From NCBI GenBank assembly GCA_963825525.1, contig CAWGTN010000002.1:1760001-1824000 (forward strand): a stretch of 64,000 nt of DNA, in the 5' to 3' direction. Positions 39,804-48,684 of this stretch are shown here, in pieces (the stretch's first letter is position 1; every line of letters begins with the position of its first letter). Below the pieces are notes generated by a model. The model did not search any database. It was given only the letters and a program-made list of their open reading frames with translations, and was not told the DNA's origin. A program made the position numbers and the translations under genes. Origin of the DNA: an uncultured Chloroflexia bacterium (lineage in GTDB: Bacteria; Chloroflexota; Limnocylindria; QHBO01).

Positions 39804-39817
39804 CAGGCCACCTCTCT

Positions 39818-39849
39818 AGGGGCGGCTCCGGATCGTCCGGGCCGCCCCT
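39818..39849 (+). terminator. Hairpin/terminator between lipoprotein and cupredoxin genes
   Basis: AGGGGCGGC(T)CCGGA-tcg-TCCGG-GCCGCCCCT followed by TTCT. Confidence 0.6.
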
Positions 39850-39874
39850 TTCTCATGTCTCCAGGAGAACGACC

Positions 39875-40279
39875 ATGCGACTCAGATTCCTTCTCCCCGT
39901 GCTGGCCCTCGGCCTCGCCGCGTGCAGCACCTCCGCCGCGAGCGCGGACCCTTCGTCGGCCGCACCTGCGTCCGAATCCATGGCCCCCGAAGCCGATGCC
40001 ATCGCGGTCAGCGTCCGCGACTTCATGCTCGATCCATCCGACCTCGAGGCCACCGGTCCCACGGTCACGTTCGATGTCACGAACGATGGCCCCACCCCCC
40101 ACAACCTCACCGTGCGCAATGAGGCCGGCGACGTCCTGCTGGCCACCGAGGATCTCAGCGTGGACGGCACCGAGACGATCAGCGGCGAGCTCGCGCCCGG
40201 CACCTACACGATCTTCTGCTCGCTTCCCGGCCACGAGAGCCTGGGCATGAGCGGCACCCTGACCGTGACCGGCGGCTGA
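39875..40279 (+). CDS. Cupredoxin-domain lipoprotein
   Basis: AGGAG SD, lipobox LAAC, PHNL and YTIFCSLPGHESLGM Cu ligands. Confidence 0.88.
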   Translation: MRLRFLLPVLALGLAACSTSAASADPSSAAPASESMAPEADAIAVSVRDFMLDPSDLEATGPTVTFDVTNDGPTPHNLTVRNEAGDVLLATEDLSVDGTETISGELAPGTYTIFCSLPGHESLGMSGTLTVTGG

Positions 40280-40291
40280 CGTTCGGTTCGG

Positions 40292-40446
40292 GTTGGTCCG
40301 CCCGTGAGGCTATCGGCCAGGCAGTGGCCGAATTGCTTCGCCGGTGGGAGCGACGGCCAGGCGAAGGCCGGCTGCTTGGCCGCTCGTGGTCCGGCCCGGG
40401 GAATATCGGGCACTGAGTGGCCGTTGCTCCCACCGACGGACCAACG
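40292..40446. repeat. Modular palindromic intergenic element, copy 2
   Basis: Terminal GTTGGTCCG/CGGACCAAC inverted repeat; 40343-40359 complements 40418-40434 at 16/17; homologous to copy 1. Confidence 0.8.
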
Positions 40447-40524
40447 CTACGTGGCCGCGCGGGCCTATGGCTAGAATCGGGACCCCACCCCCACCCCAGC
40501 GACCCGCGGAGGACCTTGCCAGCG

Positions 40525-41724
40525 ATGCGCGCCCACAAGATCACGATGCTCGGCACCGGCCTGATCGGTGACTTCTACACCGCCACGCTCCACGGACAGC
40601 GCGGGCGCGACCGGGTCCAGGTCGTCTACTCCCGGACCGAGGAGCGCGGGGCCGCATTCAGCGAGCGTTGGGGGATTCCCGAGCACACCACGGACCTTGT
40701 GGCTGCGGTCAACCATCCGGACACCGACGTCGTGGTGGTCGGCCTGCCGAACCACCTCCACGTGGAGGCGGTGACGGCGGCAGCGGCGGCGGGCAAGCCG
40801 GTGCTGTGCACGAAGCCGCTCGGCCGCAACGCCCAGGAGGCCCGGCAGATCCTCGAGACGGTCGAGAAGGCCGGCGTCTTCGGTGGCTACCTCGAGGACC
40901 TGTGCTACACGCCGAAGTCGCTCAAGGCCTTCAAGGCCGTGGAGGGTGGCGCGCTCGGCGACATCACCTGGGTCCGTTCGCGCGAGACCCATCCCGGACC
41001 GCACTCTGCCTGGTTCTGGGACGGTCGGCTCACCGGCGGTGGGGCGATCATCGACCTCGGTTGCCACTGCATCGAGATCATTCGGAACTTCGTGGGCAAG
41101 GGGAACCGGCCGGTCGAGGTCATGTGCCACACCGACACCCTCGTGCACCCGATCGACGACGAGGACAACGCCATCGCCCTCATCCGATTCGAGTCCGGGG
41201 CCATCGGTCAGTTCGAGGTCAGCTGGACCTTTCGCGGCGGGATGGACCTGCGCGACGAGGTGGCGGGCACGCACGGCACGATCTGGCTCAACCACTTCCT
41301 GCGCACCGGGTTCGAGATGTTCACGGCCGGCGGACAGGGCGGCTACGTCGCGGAGAAGGCGGAGACGAGCGCCGGCTGGCTGTTTCCGGTGGGCGACGAG
41401 GCGAGTGAGCTCGGCTATGTCGACATGTTCAGCGACATGTTCAACGCCATCGACTCCGGCGGTCAGCCGCGCGAGACCATGTACGACGGGTACATCGTCA
41501 ACGAGATCATGGACGCCTGTTTCCGATCGGCGAAGAGCCGAACCTGGGAGCCGGTGGAGCTGTTCGAATGGCGCGGCGGCAGCACCGAGCGCATCGGCCG
41601 CGATCCGGAGCTCCACGACGGCAAGGTCGTCATCAAGCGCGAAACGCTGCCCGACGGCCGCGTGAAGATGATCCTCAAGGATCCCGAGTCGGGGGACTTC
41701 GCCGACGTGGTGGTCGCCGGCTGA
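40525..41724 (+). CDS. Gfo/Idh/MocA family oxidoreductase
   Basis: [28 protein letters not shown]; GGAGG SD. Confidence 0.92.
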   Translation: MRAHKITMLGTGLIGDFYTATLHGQRGRDRVQVVYSRTEERGAAFSERWGIPEHTTDLVAAVNHPDTDVVVVGLPNHLHVEAVTAAAAAGKPVLCTKPLGRNAQEARQILETVEKAGVFGGYLEDLCYTPKSLKAFKAVEGGALGDITWVRSRETHPGPHSAWFWDGRLTGGGAIIDLGCHCIEIIRNFVGKGNRPVEVMCHTDTLVHPIDDEDNAIALIRFESGAIGQFEVSWTFRGGMDLRDEVAGTHGTIWLNHFLRTGFEMFTAGGQGGYVAEKAETSAGWLFPVGDEASELGYVDMFSDMFNAIDSGGQPRETMYDGYIVNEIMDACFRSAKSRTWEPVELFEWRGGSTERIGRDPELHDGKVVIKRETLPDGRVKMILKDPESGDFADVVVAG

Positions 41725-41839
41725 CCCGCGCGCGCGACCCGCGCGCGCGACCCGCGCGACGGCTGCCGAGTCCGTGCACCTATGCGTCCCGGCTGGCGTG
41801 TGGCATAGTCCGCCCGTCGAATCCCTCTCGAGCTATCCG

Positions 41840-42319
41840 ATGGGCGCCACTCGCCACGTCGCCTTCATGCGACTCCTGGTCGTGCCAGCGATGCTGGCGG
41901 CCGGCTGCGGCCCCCTCGGCATCACCGGATCGGCACCTGACTCGCGGGCTCCCGGGTTCCCATCATCGGATGTGGTCGGGTTCGAGCCGGGGTGGGAGGT
42001 GGTGTCGACCGCGTCGCACGGACCGGGCGGGGACGAAGTGCGCGAGCTCGCGCTCGTCCGCGGAGGGACGTATGGGCAGGTCGGGTTCGCGTGCGATGGC
42101 AACGGGACGATGAGCATCGTGGTGCGCGACGCATCCGCGGCACCCGGAGACGACAGCCAGGTCGCGTCGGTGAGCGCCGAATGTCGATCCACGGTGGTGC
42201 ACTTCGACTTCCCTGGCCCCGACCATGACGCCGCACTCATGCTTGACGTGACCGCCGACGGAGCTTCCCGCTACTGGGCGCTGCTCGCCGTACCCGGAGA
42301 TCGCGTCGCCTCAGATTGA
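41840..42319 (+). CDS. Hypothetical lipoprotein
   Basis: Hydrophobic signal ending LAAGC; beta-rich domain with a Cys pair. Start uncertain. Confidence 0.5.
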   Translation: MGATRHVAFMRLLVVPAMLAAGCGPLGITGSAPDSRAPGFPSSDVVGFEPGWEVVSTASHGPGGDEVRELALVRGGTYGQVGFACDGNGTMSIVVRDASAAPGDDSQVASVSAECRSTVVHFDFPGPDHDAALMLDVTADGASRYWALLAVPGDRVASD

Positions 42320-43603
42320 TCCGCCAGCGACCAGGAGGTCCTCGGTCACGTCCGCCGGCTCGCCGGCATGCAGCCACCGCCCGATGGCGTCCCTCGCGAA
42401 CAGCTGCTCGACCACCATCGCCGATGCGCCGATGACCCCCGCCAGTGCGCCCAGCGACGACCGTTCGATGATCAGGTCTCGCGTGGCCAACGGCAGCGAG
42501 CGCCGATAGACCGTTTCCCGTATGGCGGCCAGCAGCTGATCACCACTCTGCGCAACTCCGCCCCCGATCACGACCAGCGACGGGTTGAAGAAGTTGACGA
42601 GGCTGGCCAGCGTCAGGCCGACACGGTCGCCGGCCGCGTGCAGGAGCGCCACCGCCTCCGCGTCCCCGAAGGACGCAGCTCGCGCCACGTCCTCGGCCGT
42701 CACGCGACCTCGCTGGTCGAGCGCCGCCCGCAACCGCTCGCTGCGATCCTGGTGCGCCAGCGCCTCGCCCTGTCGAGCCAGCGCCGAACCGCCGGCGAGC
42801 GCTTCCAGGCAGCCGATGTTCCCGCATCGGCACACGATCGACCGATCGTCGACGACCTGGATGTGGCCGACGTCGCCCGCGGCCCCCTGCGCCCCGCGGT
42901 GGATGCGGCCGTTCGAGATGATGCCCGCGCCGATTCCGGTCCCGACCTTCACGACGATCACGTTGTCGTGCCCGACGGCGATCCCGGCCCGCCACTCACC
43001 CAGGGCCAGGAGGTTGACGTCGTTGTCGACCCAGACCGGCGCCGCGTGACGCTTCGCGAACCGCTCGCGCACCGGGTAGCCGTCCCAGCCGGGCATGATC
43101 GGCGGCGAGATGGGCCGCCCGCTCCGGAACTCGACGGGTCCCGGAACGCCGATGCCGATGCCCCACAGCCGGCCGGGCAGGTCACGCGTCGCCGTGGTGA
43201 GCTCGTCGAACAGCTGGCCGACGCGATCGAGGCACCGCTCCGGACCGTCCGCCACGTCGGCCGGCTCGTCGCGATGGCCCAGGATCCGCCCGTCGAGGTC
43301 GGTGACCGCGACATCGATGCTGGTCGCTCCGAGGTCGGCGACCAGGACGTGGCCGGCGTCGGCCCGGAAGCTGATCTGGCGCGGCGGCCTGCCGCCGGTG
43401 CTCGGACCGACCTCGCCCTCGACCACGAGTCCGGCATCGATCAATTCGTTGACCCGCTGGGCAACCACGCCACGGCTCAGCCCGGTGCGTGCGACGAGCT
43501 CCGCCCGCGAGCGCGAGCGCGCCGAACGGATCTCGTCGAGGACCGACGAGAGCGTGTCGAGCGCCTCCTCGATCGGCGCCTGGGCCACGACGGATTCGTC
43601 CAT
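42311..43603 (-). CDS. ROK family transcriptional repressor
   Basis: N-terminal HTH SRAELVARTGLS, GGRPP, DNDVN, GDVGH, CRCGNIGCLE. Confidence 0.93.
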   Translation of the reverse strand: MDESVVAQAPIEEALDTLSSVLDEIRSARSRSRAELVARTGLSRGVVAQRVNELIDAGLVVEGEVGPSTGGRPPRQISFRADAGHVLVADLGATSIDVAVTDLDGRILGHRDEPADVADGPERCLDRVGQLFDELTTATRDLPGRLWGIGIGVPGPVEFRSGRPISPPIMPGWDGYPVRERFAKRHAAPVWVDNDVNLLALGEWRAGIAVGHDNVIVVKVGTGIGAGIISNGRIHRGAQGAAGDVGHIQVVDDRSIVCRCGNIGCLEALAGGSALARQGEALAHQDRSERLRAALDQRGRVTAEDVARAASFGDAEAVALLHAAGDRVGLTLASLVNFFNPSLVVIGGGVAQSGDQLLAAIRETVYRRSLPLATRDLIIERSSLGALAGVIGASAMVVEQLFARDAIGRWLHAGEPADVTEDLLVAGGSI

Positions 43604-43641
43604 TCGCCCGCGATGATACGGCGGAATGGCCTTGGACGGAA

Positions 43642-43666
43642 ACTTTTGCGCTTGACAGGCCGAAGT
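43642..43666. promoter_or_regulatory. Candidate ROK repressor operator overlapping TTGACA
   Basis: ACTTTTG-N11-CCGAAGT, a 25-bp ACTT...AAGT inverted repeat of the XylR/ROK style. Confidence 0.55.
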
Positions 43667-43721
43667 ACCATTCGTAGGTGCATTCCCCGGGCTTTCGTTG
43701 GCATCCCCGTGCGTCCAGGTT

Positions 43722-43737
43722 ATCTAGACGTCTAGAT
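43722..43737. promoter_or_regulatory. Candidate GntR (HutC subfamily) operator
   Basis: Perfect palindrome ATCTAGACGTCTAGAT 11 nt before the start codon; TCTAGAC cores resemble DasR/NagR boxes. Confidence 0.65.
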
Positions 43738-43748
43738 GCGGACCGTCG

Positions 43749-44909
43749 GTGACGAGCCCCAGCCGCATCGGCGCCGCCGTCATCGGCAGCGGGTTCATCG
43801 GCACGGTGCACGTCGAGGCGCTTCGTCGGCTCGGCGTGCAGGTGCACGGGCTGCTGGGCTCCAGCCCCGAGCGCGCGGCCCAGCGAGCTGAGCAGCTGGG
43901 AGTGCCACGTGGATACGCGAGCCTCGACGAGCTGCTCTCCGACGATCGCGTCGAGGTGGTCCACGTCACCAGCCCCAATCACCTTCACCACGACCAGGTG
44001 CGCGAGGTGCTCGCGGCCGGCCGTCACGTGGTGTGCGAGAAGCCGCTGGCCATGACCTCCGAGGAATCGGCTGACCTCGTGGCCCTGGCCGCCGACAGCG
44101 GACGAGTGGCCGCGGTGAACTTCAACATCCGCTTCTATCCACTGAACCAGCACGCGCGCGAGCTCGTCGCCGGCGGCGCCCTCGGCGACGTCCGGCTGGT
44201 CACGGGCCGGTATTTCCAGGACTGGCTGCTGCACGCGACCGATTGGAACTGGCGCCTCGAGCCCGATCGCGGCGGGGCGCTTCGGGCGGTGGGTGACATC
44301 GGCTCACACTGGCTCGACCTCCTGACCTTCATCACCGGCCAGCGCATCGTGTCGGTGATGGCCGACCTTGCCACCTTCATCCCGATGCGCAGCCAGCCGT
44401 CGGGGCCGGTGGAGACGTTCTCCACGGAGCGCGCCACCGATACCGTCGAGCGGAAGATCGTGACCGAGGACACCGCAACGATCCTCCTTCGATTCGAGGG
44501 AGGGGCACGGGGATCCGTGGCCATCAGCCAGCTCAGCCCCGGACGGAAGAACTCGCTCCAGTACGAGGTCGACGGCTCGGAAAGCGCGGCGGCCTGGGAC
44601 TCGGAGCAGCCCGATCAGCTGTGGATCGGTCATCGGGACCGACCGAACGAGATCCTGATTCGCAACCCGGCGCTCATGGGTCCGGCCGCCGCCGCGGCGG
44701 CCGCGTTGCCGGCCGGGCACGTCGAGGGCTTCGCCGATACGTTCCGCGCGCTGTTCAACGCCATCTACACCGACGTGATGGCCGGTGCGCCCGCCGCCCG
44801 GCCCGCCTACGCGACCTTTGCCGACGGGCACGACGAGATGCTCGTCGGCGATGCCGTGGCGATCAGTGCTCGAGAGGGCCGATGGGTCGACGTGGTACGT
44901 GCCGCATGA
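43749..44909 (+). CDS. Gfo/Idh/MocA family oxidoreductase
   Basis: IGSGFIG, SPNHLH, CEKPLA, DIGSHWLD. Confidence 0.93.
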   Translation: MTSPSRIGAAVIGSGFIGTVHVEALRRLGVQVHGLLGSSPERAAQRAEQLGVPRGYASLDELLSDDRVEVVHVTSPNHLHHDQVREVLAAGRHVVCEKPLAMTSEESADLVALAADSGRVAAVNFNIRFYPLNQHARELVAGGALGDVRLVTGRYFQDWLLHATDWNWRLEPDRGGALRAVGDIGSHWLDLLTFITGQRIVSVMADLATFIPMRSQPSGPVETFSTERATDTVERKIVTEDTATILLRFEGGARGSVAISQLSPGRKNSLQYEVDGSESAAAWDSEQPDQLWIGHRDRPNEILIRNPALMGPAAAAAAALPAGHVEGFADTFRALFNAIYTDVMAGAPAARPAYATFADGHDEMLVGDAVAISAREGRWVDVVRAA

Positions 44910-44937
44910 ACCAGATCACGAACGTGGAGGATCCTCG

Positions 44938-45852
44938 ATGAGGCTCGGCTTCCTGACGGCGCCATTCCCCGACACACCGCTGAGCGAGGTGGCGAGCTGG
45001 GCATCCGAGAGCGGCTTCGAGAGTCTCGAGATCGCGTGCTGGCCGCCGTCCAGCGGGAGCTCGCGCAAGTACGCCGGCACCTCGCACATCGACGTCACCG
45101 ACCTGTCGGCGCAGCGTGCGAGCGAGATCGTGGACGAGGTCACCGGCATGGGCCTCGCCATCTCCGGTCTGGGGTACTACCCGAACCCGCTCCACCCCGA
45201 CGACGAGGTGCGTGGCGCGGCCATCGCGCACATGAAGCTCGTCATCGAGGCGGCCTCGAAGATGGGCGTGCCCTTCTTCAACACCTTCATGGGCGGTGAT
45301 CCCCGAAAGAGCCAGGACGAGAACTGGGAGACGGCCCTCGAGATCTGGCCGGAGATCGCGGACCACGCTCGCGAGCACGGCGTGAAGATCACCATCGAGA
45401 ACTGCCCGATGATCTTCAGCCGCGACGAGTGGCCGGCCGGCAACAACATCGCCTGGTCGCCGTACATCTGGCGCAAGATCATCGATCAGTGGGGCGGGAC
45501 CATCGGCCTCAACTACGACCCGTCGCACCTCGTCTGGCTCATGATCGACCAGGCGCGCTTCATCCGCGAGTTCGGGCCACACATCCTCCACGTCCAGGCC
45601 AAGGACGTCCAGGTCGATCGCGACGGCCTGTACGAGCGCGGAACGCTGTCCGGTGGCATCGGCTGGCAGGTCCCCCGGCTGCCGGGCCTGGGTGACGCGG
45701 ACTGGAGCGAGATCTTCTCCGCCCTCTATCGCGCGAAGTACGACGGCGACATCATCATCGAGCACGAGGATCGCGATTTCGAGGGTAGCGACGAGCTCGT
45801 GAAGCGCGGATTCCTCATCGCGCGCGATGTCCTCCGACCCTGGATCAAGTGA
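44938..45852 (+). CDS. Sugar phosphate isomerase/epimerase (xylose isomerase-like TIM barrel)
   Basis: IENCP, NYDPSH, HVQAKD, RLPGLG, IEHED metal-binding motifs. Confidence 0.92.
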   Translation: MRLGFLTAPFPDTPLSEVASWASESGFESLEIACWPPSSGSSRKYAGTSHIDVTDLSAQRASEIVDEVTGMGLAISGLGYYPNPLHPDDEVRGAAIAHMKLVIEAASKMGVPFFNTFMGGDPRKSQDENWETALEIWPEIADHAREHGVKITIENCPMIFSRDEWPAGNNIAWSPYIWRKIIDQWGGTIGLNYDPSHLVWLMIDQARFIREFGPHILHVQAKDVQVDRDGLYERGTLSGGIGWQVPRLPGLGDADWSEIFSALYRAKYDGDIIIEHEDRDFEGSDELVKRGFLIARDVLRPWIK

Positions 45853-46608
45853 GTACCACCCACATGACGCTTTCCATCGACGACGTCACCGAGCGTCAGC
45901 TGGCCAAGACCATCGACCACTCACTGTTGCGCCCCGAGCTCGACGATGCGTTCGTCGAGGAGGGGTGCCGGCTGGCTGCCGAATACGACGTGGCGTCGGT
46001 GTGCGTGCGTCCGGCGGACGTTGCCCGTGCCCACCGGCTGCTGGACGGGACGGACGTCGCCGTCGGCACCACCATCGGCTTTCCCCATGGGAATCATCAG
46101 ACCGAGACAAAGGTGTTCGAGGCACAGCGCGCCCTCGCCGATGGCGCGACCGAGCTCGACATGGTGCTCCAGATCGGCGCGCTGAAGGCCGGTCGCGACG
46201 GCGATGTCCAGGCCGATATCGCGGCCGTGGTCGACGTGGCTCATGCTCGAGGGGCGATCGTCAAGGTCATCTTCGAGAACGCCTATCTCACCGACGACGA
46301 GAAGATCCGGGCCTGCCAGCTGGCCGAGGCCGCCGGCGCCGACTTCGTGAAGACCTCGACCGGATTTGCCCCCAGCGGAGCCACCCACGACGACCTGCGA
46401 CTCATGCGGGCCAACACTTCGCCGCACATCCAGGTCAAAGCCGCCGGAGGGGTTCGAACGCTGGACGACCTCCTCGCCGTCATGGCTCTCGGCGTGACTC
46501 GCATCGGCGCAACGCAGACCAAGCCGATTCTCGACGACTACCGATCGCGCGGACGTCGGGTGCGCGCCGCGATTGCAGCCGGCTACGTCGGACGGGAGCG
46601 CGTATTGA
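45849..46608 (+). CDS. deoC: Deoxyribose-phosphate aldolase family (apparent +1 frameshift near the C-terminus, about 46550-46590)
   Basis: IDHSLLRP, SVCV, IGFPHG, ELDMV, VKVIFE, FVKTSTGF, VKAAGGVR. A DeoC-like C-terminal ...GSAY* lies in the +1 frame (TGA 46606-46608). Confidence 0.85.
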
Positions 46609-47409
46609 ACGCGACGCCGACCGCAGTCCCGACCATGCGATGGGTCAATGAGGCATCCGCGCTCCTCGAGCGCTTCGTCTCCACCCAGGGCGAGGTCGAT
46701 CGAGCGCGCCAGCCAGTGGTGCGCCGATGCGATCGCCGCCGATGGGCTGGTCCACCTGTTCGGGACCGGCCACTCGCGGATCCCGGTCGAGGAGATGTTT
46801 CCTCGCTACGGCTCCTACCCCGGGTTCAACCCGATCGTCGAGCTGTCGATGACGTTTCACACCCAGGTGGTGGGCGCCAACGGCCAGCGGCAGGCGATGT
46901 TCATCGAACGGGTGCCGGGGCTGGCCGAAGTCATCCTGGGCAACTTCACATTCGGTCCGTCCGACGTGCTGATCGTGTTCTCGGCATCCGGTCTCACCGC
47001 CGTTCCGGTGGAGATGGCCCGTGGCGCCCGAGCTCGCGGCGTCCGCGTGATCGCCGTGACCTCAGTTCAGCAATCGATGTCGAGCGAGCCGCCACCCGAG
47101 GTTGGATCGCGTCTCCTTGACGAGGCGGACCTCGTCATTGACCTGTGCACGCCGCACGCGGATGCACTGGTCACGGTTGACGGGCTCGAGACCCCCGTCG
47201 GTCCCGGTTCGACGGTGACGGCCGTCGCCGTGGTGAATTCCCTCAAGGTCCGGATCGCCGAGCTCCTCGTCGAGCGTGGCAAGATGCCGCCCGTCATCAC
47301 CCGATCGTCGGTGGTGGGGGACGAGCGATCCCGGGAGCTGTTCGACAAGGCCTATCGAGAGCATGCCCGGCGCATCGCCCGTGCGATCGATCAGCAAGGA
47401 GGTGGGTGA
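46605..47409 (+). CDS. SIS-domain sugar isomerase (apparent +1 frameshift near 46695)
   Basis: VHLFGTGHS, FSASG, VIAVTS, VGPGST. N-terminus from TTG 46605 is in the upstream frame. Confidence 0.8.
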
Positions 47410-47497
47410 CGAAGCGACAGGCAGATGCAGAAACAATCGGAATTCACGATCGGATCGCTCCACTTGGGAGCATCGGTCATATGGAGGAGACTCATAC

Positions 47498-48616
47498 ATG
47501 CAGCAGATGAGAACGGTACGTAGCCTGGTCGCGGTCGCCGCGCTCGGGCTCGTCGTCTCAGCGTGCGGGGGCACCGGTTCGGGTTCACCCGACGCCACGG
47601 ATGGCGGCGGAGATGCGAACTACGTCATCGGCTATTCCAATGGCGGCGGCGTGGGCAACGGGTTCCGCGAGGAGCAGGTCTGCACCGCAAAGGCGGAGGC
47701 GCTGGCTCTCGGGGTCACCGAGCTCAACCAGATCCATCGCAACACCGACGCTGCCGGGCAGCTCTCGGACATCCGTGACCTGATCGCGGCCGGCGTCGAT
47801 GCCATCGTCTTCAACCCGAACGATCCGGAAGCGCTGAATCCGGCGCTCGAAGAGGCGAACGCGGAAGGGATCCGAACGGTCTCGGTGGATGCCTACGTGA
47901 CCAACGAGGACACGTACAACCTGTACAACAACCAGGTCAAGTACGCCGAGCTCGGAGCCCGCTGGCTGTTCGAGCAGCTCGGCGGCGAGGGCACGGTCTA
48001 CTACATGCGCGGTCTGGCCGGCCATCCGGCTGACTCCGACCGTGACATCGGGTTCAAGAACGTCCTCGAGGAGTTCCCGAACATCACCGTCGTCCCGAAC
48101 GAGGACGGTGTCTTCACCGGCTGGGATCCGGCGACGACCACCCAGCTGATCAATGACTTCATCGCCAGCGGTGACTACGACGGCATCGACGGCATCTGGA
48201 CGTCCGGCATGGACTCCCAGGTCGTCGACGCAATCAAGGCCGCCAACAAGGACTTCGTGCCGATCGTCGGCGCGGACCTTGGCGCATTCGTTGCGCAGCT
48301 GCTCGATGAGGAGGGCTACCCGGGCCTCGAGGGCGCGGCGGTGACCAACACCGCGGCCGTCGGTGGTGCCGGCGTCAACCTGGCAGTGAAGCTCCTGAAC
48401 GGTGACGATGTTGAAACCGCCGAGGGGGCGGATCAGCCGAACACCGTCCTTCTCGACCCGGTGCTCGCGGAGAACACCAGCGACGAGGGCAAGGATCTCC
48501 TGAGCTCATGGCAGGTCGACGGACTCGATCCCCTGTGGCCGCTTGGCCTCGAGATCGAGGGCTGGACGACCTACACCCCCGAGCAGGCCGTTGCCTGCGA
48601 GGGACCGGGCGAGTAG
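47498..48616 (+). CDS. Sugar ABC transporter substrate-binding lipoprotein (RbsB-like)
   Basis: GGAGG SD, lipobox VSAC, QLSDIRDLIAAGVDAI, Peripla_BP pattern. Confidence 0.92.
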   Translation: MQQMRTVRSLVAVAALGLVVSACGGTGSGSPDATDGGGDANYVIGYSNGGGVGNGFREEQVCTAKAEALALGVTELNQIHRNTDAAGQLSDIRDLIAAGVDAIVFNPNDPEALNPALEEANAEGIRTVSVDAYVTNEDTYNLYNNQVKYAELGARWLFEQLGGEGTVYYMRGLAGHPADSDRDIGFKNVLEEFPNITVVPNEDGVFTGWDPATTTQLINDFIASGDYDGIDGIWTSGMDSQVVDAIKAANKDFVPIVGADLGAFVAQLLDEEGYPGLEGAAVTNTAAVGGAGVNLAVKLLNGDDVETAEGADQPNTVLLDPVLAENTSDEGKDLLSSWQVDGLDPLWPLGLEIEGWTTYTPEQAVACEGPGE

Positions 48617-48630
48617 TACCCGGATCCACC

Positions 48631-48663
48631 ACGGGGGCTGTCGGTGATGCCGGCAGCCCCCGT
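48631..48663 (+). terminator. Stem-loop after the SBP gene (mRNA stabiliser or partial terminator)
   Basis: ACGGGGGCTGTCGG-tgatg-CCGGCAGCCCCCGT then TTC. Confidence 0.65.
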
Positions 48664-48684
48664 TTCAACCACCACGAGAAGGTC

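Noticed and set aside
35842-40446. CRISPR interpretation of the modular repeats
   Set aside because: Units are degenerate and partly inverted, spacers are short and homologous between copies, and there are no cas genes.
41723-41760. GACCCGCGCGCGC tandem repeat (about 2.7 copies)
   Set aside because: Short low-complexity GC repeat with no evident function; may be slippage.
45849-47120. Apparent DeoC-SIS fusion protein
   Set aside because: Explained by two +1 frameshifts; a proper ...SAY* end with a TTGA start/stop overlap exists at 46605-46608.
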